NCBI GenBank assembly: GCA_963788515.1
Contig: CAWBGZ010000003.1
Location: forward strand, 830,768 to 894,767
DNA length: 64,000 bases
Direction of reading: 5' to 3'
Origin: an uncultured Acidobacteriaceae bacterium
GTDB lineage: Bacteria > Acidobacteriota > Terriglobia > Terriglobales > Acidobacteriaceae
Of the stretch, positions 9,108-19,235 are shown piece after piece; position 1 is the first letter of the stretch; each line of letters starts with the position of its first letter. The position numbers and the translations under genes were made by a program. The notes beneath the pieces are model-generated. The model was not told the DNA's origin. It saw only the letters and a list, made by a program, of their open reading frames with translations, and ran no database searches.

Positions 9108-10664
9108 ATGCCCAACAAAGCGAAGGAAGCTGCGAAGAAGCCGAACATCCTGGTCATTTTGGGGTGATGACATCGGAATTTCGAACCTCAGTTGTTACAG
9201 CCATGGGCTGATGGGTTACCAGACCCCCAACATCGATCGTCTCGCCAAAGAAGGCATGATGTTTATCGACTCCTATGGAGAGCAGAGTTGCACTGCGGGC
9301 CGGTCATCCTTTATCACCGGCCAGAGTGTCTACCGTACCGGCTTGTCCAAGGTCGGAATTCCTGGCGCTCCTATCGGCATGAATGAGCAATTGGTAACCA
9401 TCGCAGGATGCCTTAAGAACCAGGGCTACGCGACGGGCCAGTTTGGCAAGAATCATTTGGGCGACCTGAATAAGCATTTACCCACGAATCACGGCTTCGA
9501 CGAGTTCTTCGGTAACCTCTACCACCTCAACGCTGAGGAGGAGCCGGAGATGTACGACTACTTCACCGAGAAGGATTTCCCGGAGTTCAGAAAGACCGTC
9601 ACACCGCGCGGCGTCCTTAAATGCTGGGCAACCGACAAAGACGACCCCACGGTGCAAGAGCGTTGGGGACGTGTTGGAAAGCAAAGGATCGAGGATACGG
9701 GTCCGCTCACCAAGAAGCGGATGGAGACCTGCGACGATGAGTTTGCGCCGCTGCCAAGGATTTCATCAAACGTCAGACAGACGTCGACAAACCGTTCTTC
9801 CTCTGGCTCAACTTCACACATATGCACCTGTTCACGCACACCAAGCCGTCGAGCCTCGGGCAGGCAGGCCGCTGGCAGTCGCCGTATCACGACACGATGA
9901 TCGACCACGATAAGAATGTCGGCGAGGTGCTCGACTATCTCGACGAGCTGGGCATCGCGGACAACACCTTTGTCATGTACTCAACCGACAACGGTCCGCA
10001 TCGGAACTCATGGCCCGATGGCGGCATGACGCCGTTCCGCAGCGAGAAAGACACCAACTGGGAAGGCGCCTTTCGCATTCCGCTGCTGGCGCGCTGGCCC
10101 GGCAAGATCAAGGCTGGCGCCGTCTCCACCCAGATCGTCCAGCACCACGACTGGTTGCCGACCTTCCTCGCCATGGCCGGTGATCCGGATGTAGTAGAGA
10201 AGCTGAAGAAGGGATACGAAACCATCGGCAGGACCTACAAGAATCACATCGATGGCTACAACCTGGTGCCCTATCTCACCGGGCAGGAGAAGGAGAGCCC
10301 GCGCAAGCTGTTCGTCTATTTGAGCGATGACGGCGACGTGCTCGCAATTCGCTTTGACAACTGGAAGGCAGTGTTTATGGAGCAGCGCTGCAGAGGTACG
10401 CTGCAGGTCTGGGCGGAGCCTTTCACCAGGCTCCGGCTGCCGAAGCTCTACAATCTCCGCACCGATCCCTACGAATTCGCCGACATCACCTCGAACACCT
10501 ACTACGACTGGTTTATCTACCATGACTACATTGTGTATGGCGCCTTGGCGATCGCAGATAAGTGGGCGGCGACCTTCAAGGACTTCCCGCCGGTACAGAA
10601 ACCAAACAGCTTTACCATTGATCACGCACTGAAAATGTTAAGCTCAGCTGCAACCGGCAGATAG
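9108..10664 (+). pseudogene. Arylsulfatase gene with at least two frameshifts
   Basis: The ATG at 9108 (GGAGGA upstream) reads MPNKAKEAAKKPNILVILG then TGA at 9165. The next frame continues WGDDIGISNLSCYSHGLMGYQTPNIDRLAKEG...SCTAGRSSF. A second shift near 9745-9752 joins METCDDEFA to AAAKDFIKRQTDVDKPFFLWLNFTHMH (track ORF 9822-10664). It is collinear with the intact paralogue at 29509-31038. Confidence 0.8.
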
Positions 10665-10680
10665 TGCTGGATGCAAAACG

Positions 10681-10721
10681 CCGGCAGGCGAACGAAATCT
10701 CGCCTGCCGGTGTGGTTTTTT
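10681..10721. terminator. Intrinsic terminator hairpin between convergent genes
   Basis: CCGGCAGGCG - 10 nt loop - CGCCTGCCGG followed by TGTGGTTTTTT. An A-rich tract on the other side could serve the minus-strand gene as well. Confidence 0.6.
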
Positions 10722-10736
10722 GAGTTTTGCTTCCCG

Positions 10737-11222
10737 TCAGCGGTGGCCGTTACTGTTAACCACTCTCCCACTAACAAACCGCTCGTTCCGAAGCACCGCT
10801 TCTACGGCAGCCATCAGGTCGCTGCCGGCATCCGATTTGATAACATAGCCCAGCGCGCCCAGGCGGAGAGCCTCTTGCACAAAATCAGCCGAAGATTCCT
10901 GGCTCACGAAAAGTATTTTGGATTTAGGAGAAAGCCTCCGGATGCGGCGACCGGCTTCAATGCCATTTAGGCCCGGCAGGCCGATGTCGAGCAAAATGAG
11001 GTCTGGTTGCAGCTCTTCAGCCTTCTGAACTGCCTCTAACCCATCCCCCACTTCACCTACGATCTGCAATTCCGGCTTTGAACCCAAAGCCGAGCAGAGG
11101 TAACGCCGGAACTGTTCGTTATCTTCGACCACGAGCACACGAACGAATGACCCCCGTCGGTCGGCGTCAGTGCAAAGTGGTTCGGGGTTGGATCTTCCAG
11201 GCTGACGGCGTTCTTCGACCAT
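10737..11222 (-). CDS. Stand-alone receiver-domain response regulator (no output domain)
   Basis: VLVVEDNEQFRR...PDLILLDIGLPGLNG...KILFVSQ...GALGYVIK. This is a NarL-type REC sequence, but the ORF ends about 25 aa after the REC domain with no HTH. Confidence 0.8.
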   Translation of the reverse strand: MVEERRQPGRSNPEPLCTDADRRGSFVRVLVVEDNEQFRRYLCSALGSKPELQIVGEVGDGLEAVQKAEELQPDLILLDIGLPGLNGIEAGRRIRRLSPKSKILFVSQESSADFVQEALRLGALGYVIKSDAGSDLMAAVEAVLRNERFVSGRVVNSNGHR

Positions 11223-11543
11223 GGAACTCCTGTAAAGCGAAGCGTGTGCGATCTCGCAAAAAGTGGTTGCGGTAATGGCTTATTAGTATGATGCTACTCT
11301 GTTCGTACCGTCATTGAGATTTCAGGTTTTCATTCGTCCCTTCAAAGATCTAAATGGTTGTGCATTGTAAAGAACCCTTAGCATCAGCGAGCACTTCAGT
11401 TGTCCCGAAATCGAGAACGCGCGTATAACCTCTTTTAATTGTGCGCGTTGTCATCTTGGGCCAGGACGGTCCCCGGAGTCGAATGGACTATTATCTGTGC
11501 AAGAGCTTTTTGCTAATTCTCTGCTGAAAGTTTTGCGGAACCG

Positions 11544-14500
11544 ATGATGGAAAGGCTCTCGTCGAATCTCGGAAATCGTCCAAGGGCCCTTTCCTGGCCG
11601 ACCGCGCTCATCGCAATTGTGGTCGTCAGGGCCGTCGTCTCATACGCCGTCAAACCCGGCTCTCCTCTGTTGTCCTACGGCGTAACCAGTTATTGGCTCC
11701 TTCTGCTTCTGGCGACTGGCTTCGCCATACGCAATGCGATCCAACTTACCCTGGGAAGCCGTGCCTTCTGGGTATTGCTCGCGATCGGCTATAGCCTGTG
11801 GGCGCTCGACCAATCCATTTTCATGCTCCACGAATTTGTTCTGCACACCGACGTGCCCGACAATTCGATCGCCGATCCGGTGCTCTTTCTGCATATCGTA
11901 CCGCTCATAGCCGCAGTGGCCATCTTTCCCAACCTGCACCTATCGGGTCCTAAGCTGTATCGAGTGCTTTCCAATTCTCTGCTCCTCTTGTTTTTCTGGG
12001 GCACTCTTTACGTTTACGCTGTCTTTCCCTACCAGTATTTGTTCTCCAACACCACCACCTACGCCCTGCGATTTGACATCCTTTACCTGGTGGAAAATCT
12101 GGTCATGGTTGCGGTCGTCGGAATTCTGAGCCTGCGCGTGCAGACCCCCTGGAAACCAATCTACCTTCACTTATTGGGCGCGTCCGCAATCTACGCCTTA
12201 AGTTCTGCAGTCGCCAACTGCGCAATCGACTCTGGGGGCTATACCTATGGAAAGCTATACGGTCTGGGTCTGACCTCTTCTGCCTGCTGGTTTCTTTGGG
12301 TACCACTGCGCGCACGGCGCTCCACAGGAGGCGAAGGAAAAACGGCCCCATTCGACAGCGGCCAGGACACACGGGCCTCAGCGTGGGCGATGCTGGTCGT
12401 TGTCATGATCTCTATCCCCATGGTGTGGGAGCTCTTCCAGAAAGACGAGACCGGTGGCATGCGCACGTTCCGTCTCTTCGTCGCGATCGTTGCTATCGTC
12501 TGTCTGGCGAGTGTTGCCTATATAAAGGAATACTTTGCCAAGAGCGAACTGATTTCACAACTGGGCTTAGCGAACGATCGGGTTCGCATGGCCGTGGAAG
12601 CCGGTAAGTCGTTGGGATGGGAATGGGACCTTAAGACAGGACGCCTCTCCTGGTTCGGGGATCTGCAGAACATAATGGGAATTCCGTCCGATACGTTCGT
12701 TGGGCGAAGGGAAGATTTCTATCAATTCGTGCACCCCGAGGACCGGCAGTTGGTGGAGAAAGCTAATGCCGATGCCAGGCAAAGCCGGAATCCGTACGCG
12801 GCGGAATTTCGGGTTATTCGAGTTGATGGGACAGTGCGCTGGGTCGCAGCGAAAGGACAATACTATTACGCCACCAATGCCGATCCCGTGAGAATGCTGG
12901 GAATAGCGGTCGACATCACGGGGCAAAGACGCACTGAAGAATCGCTGCGCCTGTTCCGAAAACTGATAGATGAATCCAATGACGCGATTGAGGTGGTCGA
13001 CCCGGAAACACTGCGCTTCCTTGATGTGAATGACAAGTCCTGTCGCGACCTCGGCTACACCCGCGACGAACTCCTATCTCTCCGCGTTTTCGATGTTGAT
13101 CCCAATTTGGACGAATCCTTCGCCTCAAGAGTTAAAAAAGAGCTCGATCACTCAGGTTTCGCGACCCTCGAGAGACTGCACCGGCGAAAAGACGGATCGA
13201 CTTTCCCGGTGGAAATCAATCTCAAACGTGTCCACCTGGACCGTGAGTACAACGTCAACGTCGTTCGCGATATTACCCAACGTAAACGGGTCGAGGAAGC
13301 GCTGCGTCAAAAGGACGCGGAGCTTGCCAAAGCCCAGCGTTTGGCCGGACTAGGAAGCTGGCAGTGGGATGCACGGACCGACACAGTGATCTGGTCAGAG
13401 GAGCTTTACCGCCTCGCCGGTCGTGACCCCAACTTGCCGGCGCCCCCCTTCAGGGACCACTCCAGCCTCTTTACTTCTGAAAGTTGGGAACGGCTTGAGG
13501 GCGCTGTGAGAGCAGCCTTACAAGCCGGAACATCCTACGAGCTCGATATGGAGATCATCGGCGGGTCTGCCACAAAATGGGTGATTGCGCGGGGCGAACC
13601 GCTGCGCGATGCGGGCGGCCAAATCGTCGGACTCCTTGGCACTGTGCACGACATCACCATTCGCAAGCAGGCGGAACAGGCACTGCGCGAGAGTGAGGAC
13701 AAACTCCGGCTGATTCTGGATTCGACTGCCGAGGCCATTTACGGAAGCGATCTCGAAGGCCGATGCACTTTTTGCAATCCAGCCGGCCTTCGCATTTTGG
13801 GGTATGGAGCAATCGACGACCTCCTGGGCAAAGATATGCATCTGCTGATTCATCACACTCGAGCAGACGGGACACCATTCCCCGTCGAGGAGTGCCGAAT
13901 CTTCCGAACAAGGCACACTGGGGAAGGAATCCACGTGGACGATGAAGTGCTGTGGCGTGCCAATGGAACGAGTTTCCCTGCAGAATACTGGTGCTATCCC
14001 CAGCGTCGAGGGCAAAAGGTTGTTGGCAGTGTGGTGGCCTTCGTCGACATCACTCGGCGCAAACTGGCGGACGCTGCGCTCGCGAGTGTCAGCGGCAAGT
14101 TGATCGAGGCGCAGGAGCAGGAACGTAGGCGGATCGCCAGAGAGCTTCACGACGACATAGGTCAGCGTCTTGCATTGTTGGCCATCGGGCTGGCGCAGCT
14201 CCAACAAGGCCATCCCAATTCATCTGAACTCCCTGGCCGTGTAAGTGAACTGCAGAAGCAGACTTCCGAGATAGCGTCCGACATTCAGTCCTTGTCTCAC
14301 GAGTTGCACTCTTCGCGACTGCAATACCTCGGTCTCGCCGTTGCTCTAAGAGGCTTCTGCCAGGAATTCGGCGACCAGCAGAAAGTGGAGATTGATTTCA
14401 CCACCCAGGATCTGCCGGTCTCTTTGTCGCAGGAGATTTCGCTTTGCTTATTCCGAGTGTTACAGGAAGCTCTCCACAACTCGGCAAAACACAGTGGGGC

Positions 14501-14750
14501 ACGGCACTTTCAAGTGCGCTTGTGGGGAGCAGCCGACGAAATTCATCTCACGGTGAGCGACCCCGGCGTAGGCTTTGATATCGATGCGGCAAGGGCGAGC
14601 CGAGGGCTTGGCCTGATCAGCATGCAGGAGCGTCTGAAACTCCTTAAGGGAACGTTGTCCATCGAATCGCAACTCCAGCATGGCACCACGATCCGCGCGG
14701 TCGTGCCTCTCAGATCAGATCTCGAACGCGTACGTTACGTTCCGTCATAA
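11544..14750 (+). CDS. Membrane sensor histidine kinase: multi-TM N-terminus, several PAS domains, HisKA_3 + HATPase_c
   Basis: 1068 aa. About 330 aa of hydrophobic helices come first. Repeated PAS-like blocks follow (e.g. WEWDLKTGRLSW, WQWDARTDTVIWSEELYRL, DITxRK ends). The H-box is RRRIARELHDDIGQRL (HisKA_3), with G-boxes DPGVGFD / RGLGLISMQER. Confidence 0.9.
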   Translation: MMERLSSNLGNRPRALSWPTALIAIVVVRAVVSYAVKPGSPLLSYGVTSYWLLLLLATGFAIRNAIQLTLGSRAFWVLLAIGYSLWALDQSIFMLHEFVLHTDVPDNSIADPVLFLHIVPLIAAVAIFPNLHLSGPKLYRVLSNSLLLLFFWGTLYVYAVFPYQYLFSNTTTYALRFDILYLVENLVMVAVVGILSLRVQTPWKPIYLHLLGASAIYALSSAVANCAIDSGGYTYGKLYGLGLTSSACWFLWVPLRARRSTGGEGKTAPFDSGQDTRASAWAMLVVVMISIPMVWELFQKDETGGMRTFRLFVAIVAIVCLASVAYIKEYFAKSELISQLGLANDRVRMAVEAGKSLGWEWDLKTGRLSWFGDLQNIMGIPSDTFVGRREDFYQFVHPEDRQLVEKANADARQSRNPYAAEFRVIRVDGTVRWVAAKGQYYYATNADPVRMLGIAVDITGQRRTEESLRLFRKLIDESNDAIEVVDPETLRFLDVNDKSCRDLGYTRDELLSLRVFDVDPNLDESFASRVKKELDHSGFATLERLHRRKDGSTFPVEINLKRVHLDREYNVNVVRDITQRKRVEEALRQKDAELAKAQRLAGLGSWQWDARTDTVIWSEELYRLAGRDPNLPAPPFRDHSSLFTSESWERLEGAVRAALQAGTSYELDMEIIGGSATKWVIARGEPLRDAGGQIVGLLGTVHDITIRKQAEQALRESEDKLRLILDSTAEAIYGSDLEGRCTFCNPAGLRILGYGAIDDLLGKDMHLLIHHTRADGTPFPVEECRIFRTRHTGEGIHVDDEVLWRANGTSFPAEYWCYPQRRGQKVVGSVVAFVDITRRKLADAALASVSGKLIEAQEQERRRIARELHDDIGQRLALLAIGLAQLQQGHPNSSELPGRVSELQKQTSEIASDIQSLSHELHSSRLQYLGLAVALRGFCQEFGDQQKVEIDFTTQDLPVSLSQEISLCLFRVLQEALHNSAKHSGARHFQVRLWGAADEIHLTVSDPGVGFDIDAARASRGLGLISMQERLKLLKGTLSIESQLQHGTTIRAVVPLRSDLERVRYVPS

Positions 14751-14926
14751 ACCACAACAAAAGCCATCGCTTGTTACGCGCCTGCCCGAACCGCTAAATC
14801 TAAAGAGCGCTCGCCCTGCAACTTTTACTAGTTCCCGTCCAGACAGTCCCCTGCGATGCTATTGCCTCTGGACAGCGAGGTTCAGCAAGCAGTCTCTATA
14901 ATTGATCGACCCAGGAGGCCCTCTGA

Positions 14927-15601
14927 ATGCCCGAAGCTGGAGGTTCCAACATTGAAATTGCCCACCACCTTAGCGAACCCAAGGAATCGGCCGAACACGC
15001 GATACTGGAGATCCTCGAGGCCGTGGTGCTCGCCATTGTCGCGATCGCCACGGCTTGGAGCGGCTATCAAGCGGCGCTCTGGACTGGTCATCAATCAGAG
15101 TTGTATGGCCAGGCGAGCAAACTGCGGGTGCAAGCGGAAGGAGCCGCCACCTTCGCAAATCAAGAGCGTCTCTATAACGCATCGACCGTGGTCGAGTGGC
15201 TGAAGGCGGAGGCTCATGGTGATAGAAAGCTCTCTGACCTTTTTGAACGGCGTTTCCTGCCCGAGTTCCGTCCCGCCTTTGAAGCCTGGAAGAAGACTGA
15301 CCCTCTCAACAATCCCAACGCGCCGGCAGGTCCTCAGTTGATGGGGCAGTATCGAAGCGCCAAGACCGAAGCTGCTGCCAAGTTGAATGATCAAGCCTCA
15401 GCTGTCTTCGACCAGGGCACCAAAGGCCGTGAAACCTCTGACCAGTACGTGCGCGCAACCGTGACTCTGGCCACCGTGCTGCTGCTGATAGCCATCAGCC
15501 AGCGTTTCACCACCCGTCGCGTGCGGGTCGGATTACTGGTGATCGCCATGTTCCTGCTCTGCTTTCCGGTTTATCACATACTGACGCTCCCTCGAGCATA
15601 G
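14927..15601 (+). CDS. Membrane protein with one N-proximal and C-terminal TM helices (DUF4337-like by recollection)
   Basis: 224-aa ORF with AGGAGG-like RBS (CCAGGAGGCC) upstream. It contains ILEILEAVVLAIVAIATAWSGYQAALW and C-terminal VTLATVLLLIAISQRF...LLVIAMFLLCFPVY. Family assignment is uncertain. Confidence 0.6.
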   Translation: MPEAGGSNIEIAHHLSEPKESAEHAILEILEAVVLAIVAIATAWSGYQAALWTGHQSELYGQASKLRVQAEGAATFANQERLYNASTVVEWLKAEAHGDRKLSDLFERRFLPEFRPAFEAWKKTDPLNNPNAPAGPQLMGQYRSAKTEAAAKLNDQASAVFDQGTKGRETSDQYVRATVTLATVLLLIAISQRFTTRRVRVGLLVIAMFLLCFPVYHILTLPRA

Positions 15602-15610
15602 CGCGGCTCT

Positions 15611-16387
15611 GTGAATGCTGGCTTTCTTTACCGAACGAATGAGTGGGTCGTCCAATGGGTCTTCTTCGTCTTAATGGTGGCAGCCACGGAAGTTGGTTTC
15701 CGCCTCGGACGGAAGTTTGAAACGCGCGCTCCCGCCAGCATCAAAACACAAATCTCGACTGTGGAGGCCGCCATACTGGGCATTCTCGCGCTCCTGCTTG
15801 GGTTCACTATGTCCATGGCGGTGTCCCGCTTCGACCTGCGCAAACAATTGATGTTGGACGAGGCCAACGCTATCAGCACAACTTGCCTTCGTGCCCAACT
15901 TCTACCCGCGCCTGTAGGCTCCGAGGTGACGAGCCTTCTACACCAGTACATCGACCTGAGGGTGCAATACGGTACTGCGGGCAACGAACGTGCCCGGCTT
16001 GAAAGTCTACACTCTCAAACAGCGCGGTTGCGGAACCAGCTTTGGATGCGGGTGGTAGCGTACGCACAACAGGATCCTAATCCGGTGAGAACCGGCTTGC
16101 TGCTGCAATCGATGAACGAGGCCTTCGATCTGGAGGCAGCGCGCTGGATGGCGTTTCAAAATCCCGTACCTGAAAGTGTGATCTACGTAAATGCCGTGAT
16201 GGGTTTGCTGGCAGCTATGCTGGTCGGGTACACCTTCGGTGTGAACGGACGGAGGAATTTCTTTTCCATGGGCCTGCTGGCGCTGTCTATCACTTTGATC
16301 CTTGCCGTAATTACCGATCTTGACCGGCCGCGCTCTGGATTCATTCGCGCAAGCCAGCAGCCCATGATCGACTTGCAGCAACGGTAA
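15611..16387 (+). CDS. Integral membrane protein (DUF4239 / bestrophin-like by recollection)
   Basis: 258-aa ORF starting 9 nt after the previous stop (GTG). It has four hydrophobic segments and the central motif VSRFDLRKQLMLDEANAI. Family assignment is uncertain. Confidence 0.55.
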   Translation: MNAGFLYRTNEWVVQWVFFVLMVAATEVGFRLGRKFETRAPASIKTQISTVEAAILGILALLLGFTMSMAVSRFDLRKQLMLDEANAISTTCLRAQLLPAPVGSEVTSLLHQYIDLRVQYGTAGNERARLESLHSQTARLRNQLWMRVVAYAQQDPNPVRTGLLLQSMNEAFDLEAARWMAFQNPVPESVIYVNAVMGLLAAMLVGYTFGVNGRRNFFSMGLLALSITLILAVITDLDRPRSGFIRASQQPMIDLQQR

Positions 16388-16399
16388 AAACGTTCTCGC

Positions 16400-16761
16400 T
16401 CACTTATCGAAAGGGAAAATGCGCTTCCAGTCGTCCTGCATGCTGATTACTACCCAACCGTTCTGCTTCGCCTGAGTCATACGGTCAAGTGCAAACGTCG
16501 CTTGCGTATATAAGGGGTGCCCCGTCCAGAGGGTTCCGTCCGGGTCAAACGTGGCGATGCGATCGTCTGGCTTAACGTACTTGGGGACCCTTGTCGGTCG
16601 TGTCTTTAAGAAAAGTAAGAATTGCCTGTTTGGCCGGCCCGTTATTTCACGAGGGCAGTGGGTCCCTCCGGGCCTCCGCGCGAACTGTCCAAAGGCAGCA
16701 CGAGGAACAGCGCTGATGTCGCTCTGAACCGCCAGCAAAGACGAAGAGCAAAACGAATCAT
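16400..16761 (-). pseudogene. Remnant of a secreted HAD-superfamily hydrolase gene (frameshifts plus large internal deletion)
   Basis: My translation gives MIRFALRLCWRFRATSALFLVLPL (signal-like). A shifted frame then gives WNNGPAKQAILTFLKDTTDKGSPKYVKPDDRIATFDPDGTLWTGHPLYTQ (HAD motif I, DxDGT). This is fused directly to a C-terminal-looking GWVVISMQDDWKRIFPFDK. It is only about 120 codons in total. Confidence 0.55.
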
Positions 16762-16889
16762 CTCGATTTCCTTTTGAGGCGGTCTGTTACCCAGCCGGAG
16801 GGGTTCGGCTTTGGGACGCGAAACCTTTTCAGCCAGGATCGTTCATAAGCCCCGCCTCGTCCAGAATCGTGAGTCTGCTGGCGGGGGCC

Positions 16890-17381
16890 TTACGGAATAA
16901 TGATGGCCTCTGCCGTGCTGGAGCCGCACATTCCCTGAATCTCCCCGGAAATGCAAGCGCCTGCCGAAAACTTGTAGCAACCGGCTTTCTTGGCGGTCAC
17001 GGATATGGGACGCGTGGCGCCGCCCATAATCGCATCGTCGGAACCGAAGGCTGCAGGCGACCCAAAGTCGACGACGAAGCCCGTATTCTTCTGCGTGCTC
17101 CTCCACACAATGGTTGTGCCGGTCTTGACGCAGAATGTGCTATTCGCCTTCGCGTTGGCGATACTGGGCGTCGCTGAGGCGCCGTAGTTGTCGCGCTTCA
17201 CGTCTACAGTACACGGGTTGGAACTGGATCCACAGGTGTTCCCGGCGTTGCACAGCGATTGTGGATTGGGTTCTGAGCAAGCATACTTGTCATTCTGCGC
17301 CAGCGCTGCAACGCAGCTCAAAAGCAGCAGAAGACACGTCATGGGGCCCGTACGAACAAGCAAACTCTTCTGAGTCTTCAT
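16890..17381 (-). CDS. Secreted Cys-rich hypothetical protein
   Basis: Start moved to the ATG at 17379-17381: MKTQKSLLVRTGPMTCLLLLLSCVAALAQ (signal peptide). The mature part has 10 Cys. No family recognised. Confidence 0.55.
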   Translation of the reverse strand: MKTQKSLLVRTGPMTCLLLLLSCVAALAQNDKYACSEPNPQSLCNAGNTCGSSSNPCTVDVKRDNYGASATPSIANAKANSTFCVKTGTTIVWRSTQKNTGFVVDFGSPAAFGSDDAIMGGATRPISVTAKKAGCYKFSAGACISGEIQGMCGSSTAEAIIIP

Positions 17382-17416
17382 GCAACACCTCACCTTTCCG
17401 ACCGTAGTCAGTGTAG

Positions 17417-18013
17417 TTAGTTGACGCCCGCTGTTCCCTTCCAGTCGATGAGGGAAGAAAGCCGCCACGGATTCTGTAGCAGATCCAACTGCAGCTCGCC
17501 TTCTTTGTCGAGGATCAGTTGCGCCGCAGGATAGAGAGTGCCGGTGCTTTTGCTCTTATCCTGATCATTCAGTTCCAGGACGCCCGCAGTCAGATCGTAG
17601 GACATGGAATTGCTGTCCGTCCATGCCTCTGCCATGCGGATTTGGCGGGTGGTGGCAAAGACGATCTTGCGGCCGGTGGGCGTGTTAAACATCCTGATGT
17701 AAGAGCAGTCGTTTCCCAGCGTGCCCGTGATCTCGAGATGTCCGACCGCCTTCATCTTCGACAGAGCATTGGTCAGCCCCTTATTCTGTCCCTGCTGGTA
17801 CGCCTGCACCAGGATATTCTTGTCCGCCGGAGTTGAAAACTCGTAGATGTCCAACGTCACGCCGATGTTCTGGCCCAGTTGGGTTCCCGTTCCATACGCC
17901 TGCGCATCGATCGTTTCATACCTGTCCCGGGCAAAACCGGGGCGGCCTGCGGCTGCTAGAGTCACCAGCACGATACTGTTGACGAGGTAGCGTGAAAATT
18001 GTTGTGTGCGCAT
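17417..18013 (-). CDS. Secreted hypothetical protein
   Basis: 198-aa ORF with signal-like N-terminus (LVNSIVLVTLAAAGRPGFA). Composition looks coding. No family recognised. Confidence 0.55.
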   Translation of the reverse strand: MRTQQFSRYLVNSIVLVTLAAAGRPGFARDRYETIDAQAYGTGTQLGQNIGVTLDIYEFSTPADKNILVQAYQQGQNKGLTNALSKMKAVGHLEITGTLGNDCSYIRMFNTPTGRKIVFATTRQIRMAEAWTDSNSMSYDLTAGVLELNDQDKSKSTGTLYPAAQLILDKEGELQLDLLQNPWRLSSLIDWKGTAGVN

Positions 18014-18168
18014 CTTCTTCTCCCGTTCCCTGCAGTTGGCAGGTCTCTCTTGTTTTCGCGGCCGTACGACGCACAGCGTCTCAAGCCGTCGTTTGCAACA
18101 TCACTGCGATGAAGTGGGGCCCAGCAAGCTTATTGGAAGAGTTCACTCCGATTGCAACCAGCTGGGAA

Positions 18169-18188
18169 CTGTCAGTAGTGACAGGTGC
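18169..18188. repeat. Intergenic palindrome CTGTCR-N4-YGACAG, copy a
   Basis: ggaaCTGTCAGTAGTGACAGgtgc. About 156 nt upstream of the 18013 start (minus strand) and about 390 nt upstream of 18581 (plus strand). Confidence 0.7.
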
Positions 18189-18580
18189 CTGTCAGAGCGA
18201 ACCTCGCCGTTGCTTGAACAATGCCTGCAGCCTACCTCGTAGCAGAGAACTGGATCGCGGTCGGACAACTAACAGAGTTCGGGACCTAGCAGTTCTATTA
18301 GTATGCCGGGTCGAGATTGGTTTCCCGTGCTCTTGCTCCCGTGATGATGATTTAACTTGAGGACCCGGGAGACAGATTGAGGGAGTAGGCGCCGTCAAGC
18401 ATAGGCAAACGCCTGGGAGACTTTTAACCATTCGCTCCAGTCTCCATGCAGAATTTTCTGCCGAGTGGGATCCGAGGAGCTATTATTTTTGTTAGTACAA
18501 TCAGCCCGATTACCGATCTATAGATACGCCCTCCGCGATGGGGCCCCCAAACGATTCATCACTGGTCGTGGGCTGGGAGT

Positions 18581-19170
18581 GTGTCGATGAGAAGTGAATC
18601 CTTTGTACTACGAACCAACGACGCCCGATGGCCTTTGCTGCCCACATACCGTCGGCAATCTTGTCGCATCCTCGCTGTTTGCCTGACGTCTCTGCTGATT
18701 ACGGCTTGCGAAAAGAAGGAAGCGCCGCGCGAGATGCCGCCTCCTGAGGTCGAGGTCACGGGGGTCCTTCAACGGGACGTGCCGACCTATCAGGAGTTCG
18801 TTGCTCAATTGAATGGACCGATCAACGCTGAGATTACCCCAAAGTACAGGGCTACCTGCTGAAGCAGACTTACCAGAACGGCTTTTTCGTCAAGAAAGGC
18901 CAGTTACTCTTTGAGATAGATCCTCGACCCTTCGTGGCGTCCCTTGATCAAGCGAAGGCACAGGTAGCGGTGGCTGAGGCGCAACTCTCCAATGCGCAAA
19001 CCAACGTGACCCGTGACACGCCCCTGGTCGCCCAGAACGCCATCCCGCGTAAACAGCTGGACAACGATCTCGCAATGTTAGCGGCCAACCAGGCTCAACT
19101 TGACGCCACGAAGGCCCAGATGGTGCAGGCGCAACTGAACCTCGCCTGGACCAAGGTATATTCGCCCATG
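18581..19170 (+). pseudogene. RND efflux periplasmic adaptor (MFP) gene, 5' half only, with one frameshift
   Basis: Lipobox LLITAC, then VEVTGVLQRDVPTYQEFVAQLNGPINAEITPK. A frameshift near 18845 leads to VQGYLLKQTYQNGFFVKKGQLLFEIDPRPF...AQLNLAWTKVYSPM, and the homology stops there abruptly. Confidence 0.75.
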
Positions 19171-19230
19171 ATTGGAGGCATGCTAGCCGCCTCATTGCTC
19201 GTCATCTTCTTCATCCCAGTTTCCTTCGAC
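19171..19230 (+). pseudogene. Last ~20 codons of an RND (HAE1-type) inner-membrane pump
   Basis: GGMLAASLLVIFFIPVSF resembles the final TM helix of AcrB-like pumps (AcrB: GGMVTATVLAIFFVPVFF). It is fused in frame to the truncated adaptor, so about 3.5 kb appear to be deleted. Confidence 0.55.
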
Positions 19231-19235
19231 GTCAC

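Noticed and set aside
18164-18195. Reading GGAAC...N16... as an ECF-sigma promoter, or the motif as a sigma-54 -24/-12 element
   Set aside because: GGAAC precedes only some copies. No conserved CGT-type -10 follows at 16-17 nt. The TGGCAC-N5-TTGC spacing of sigma-54 is absent.
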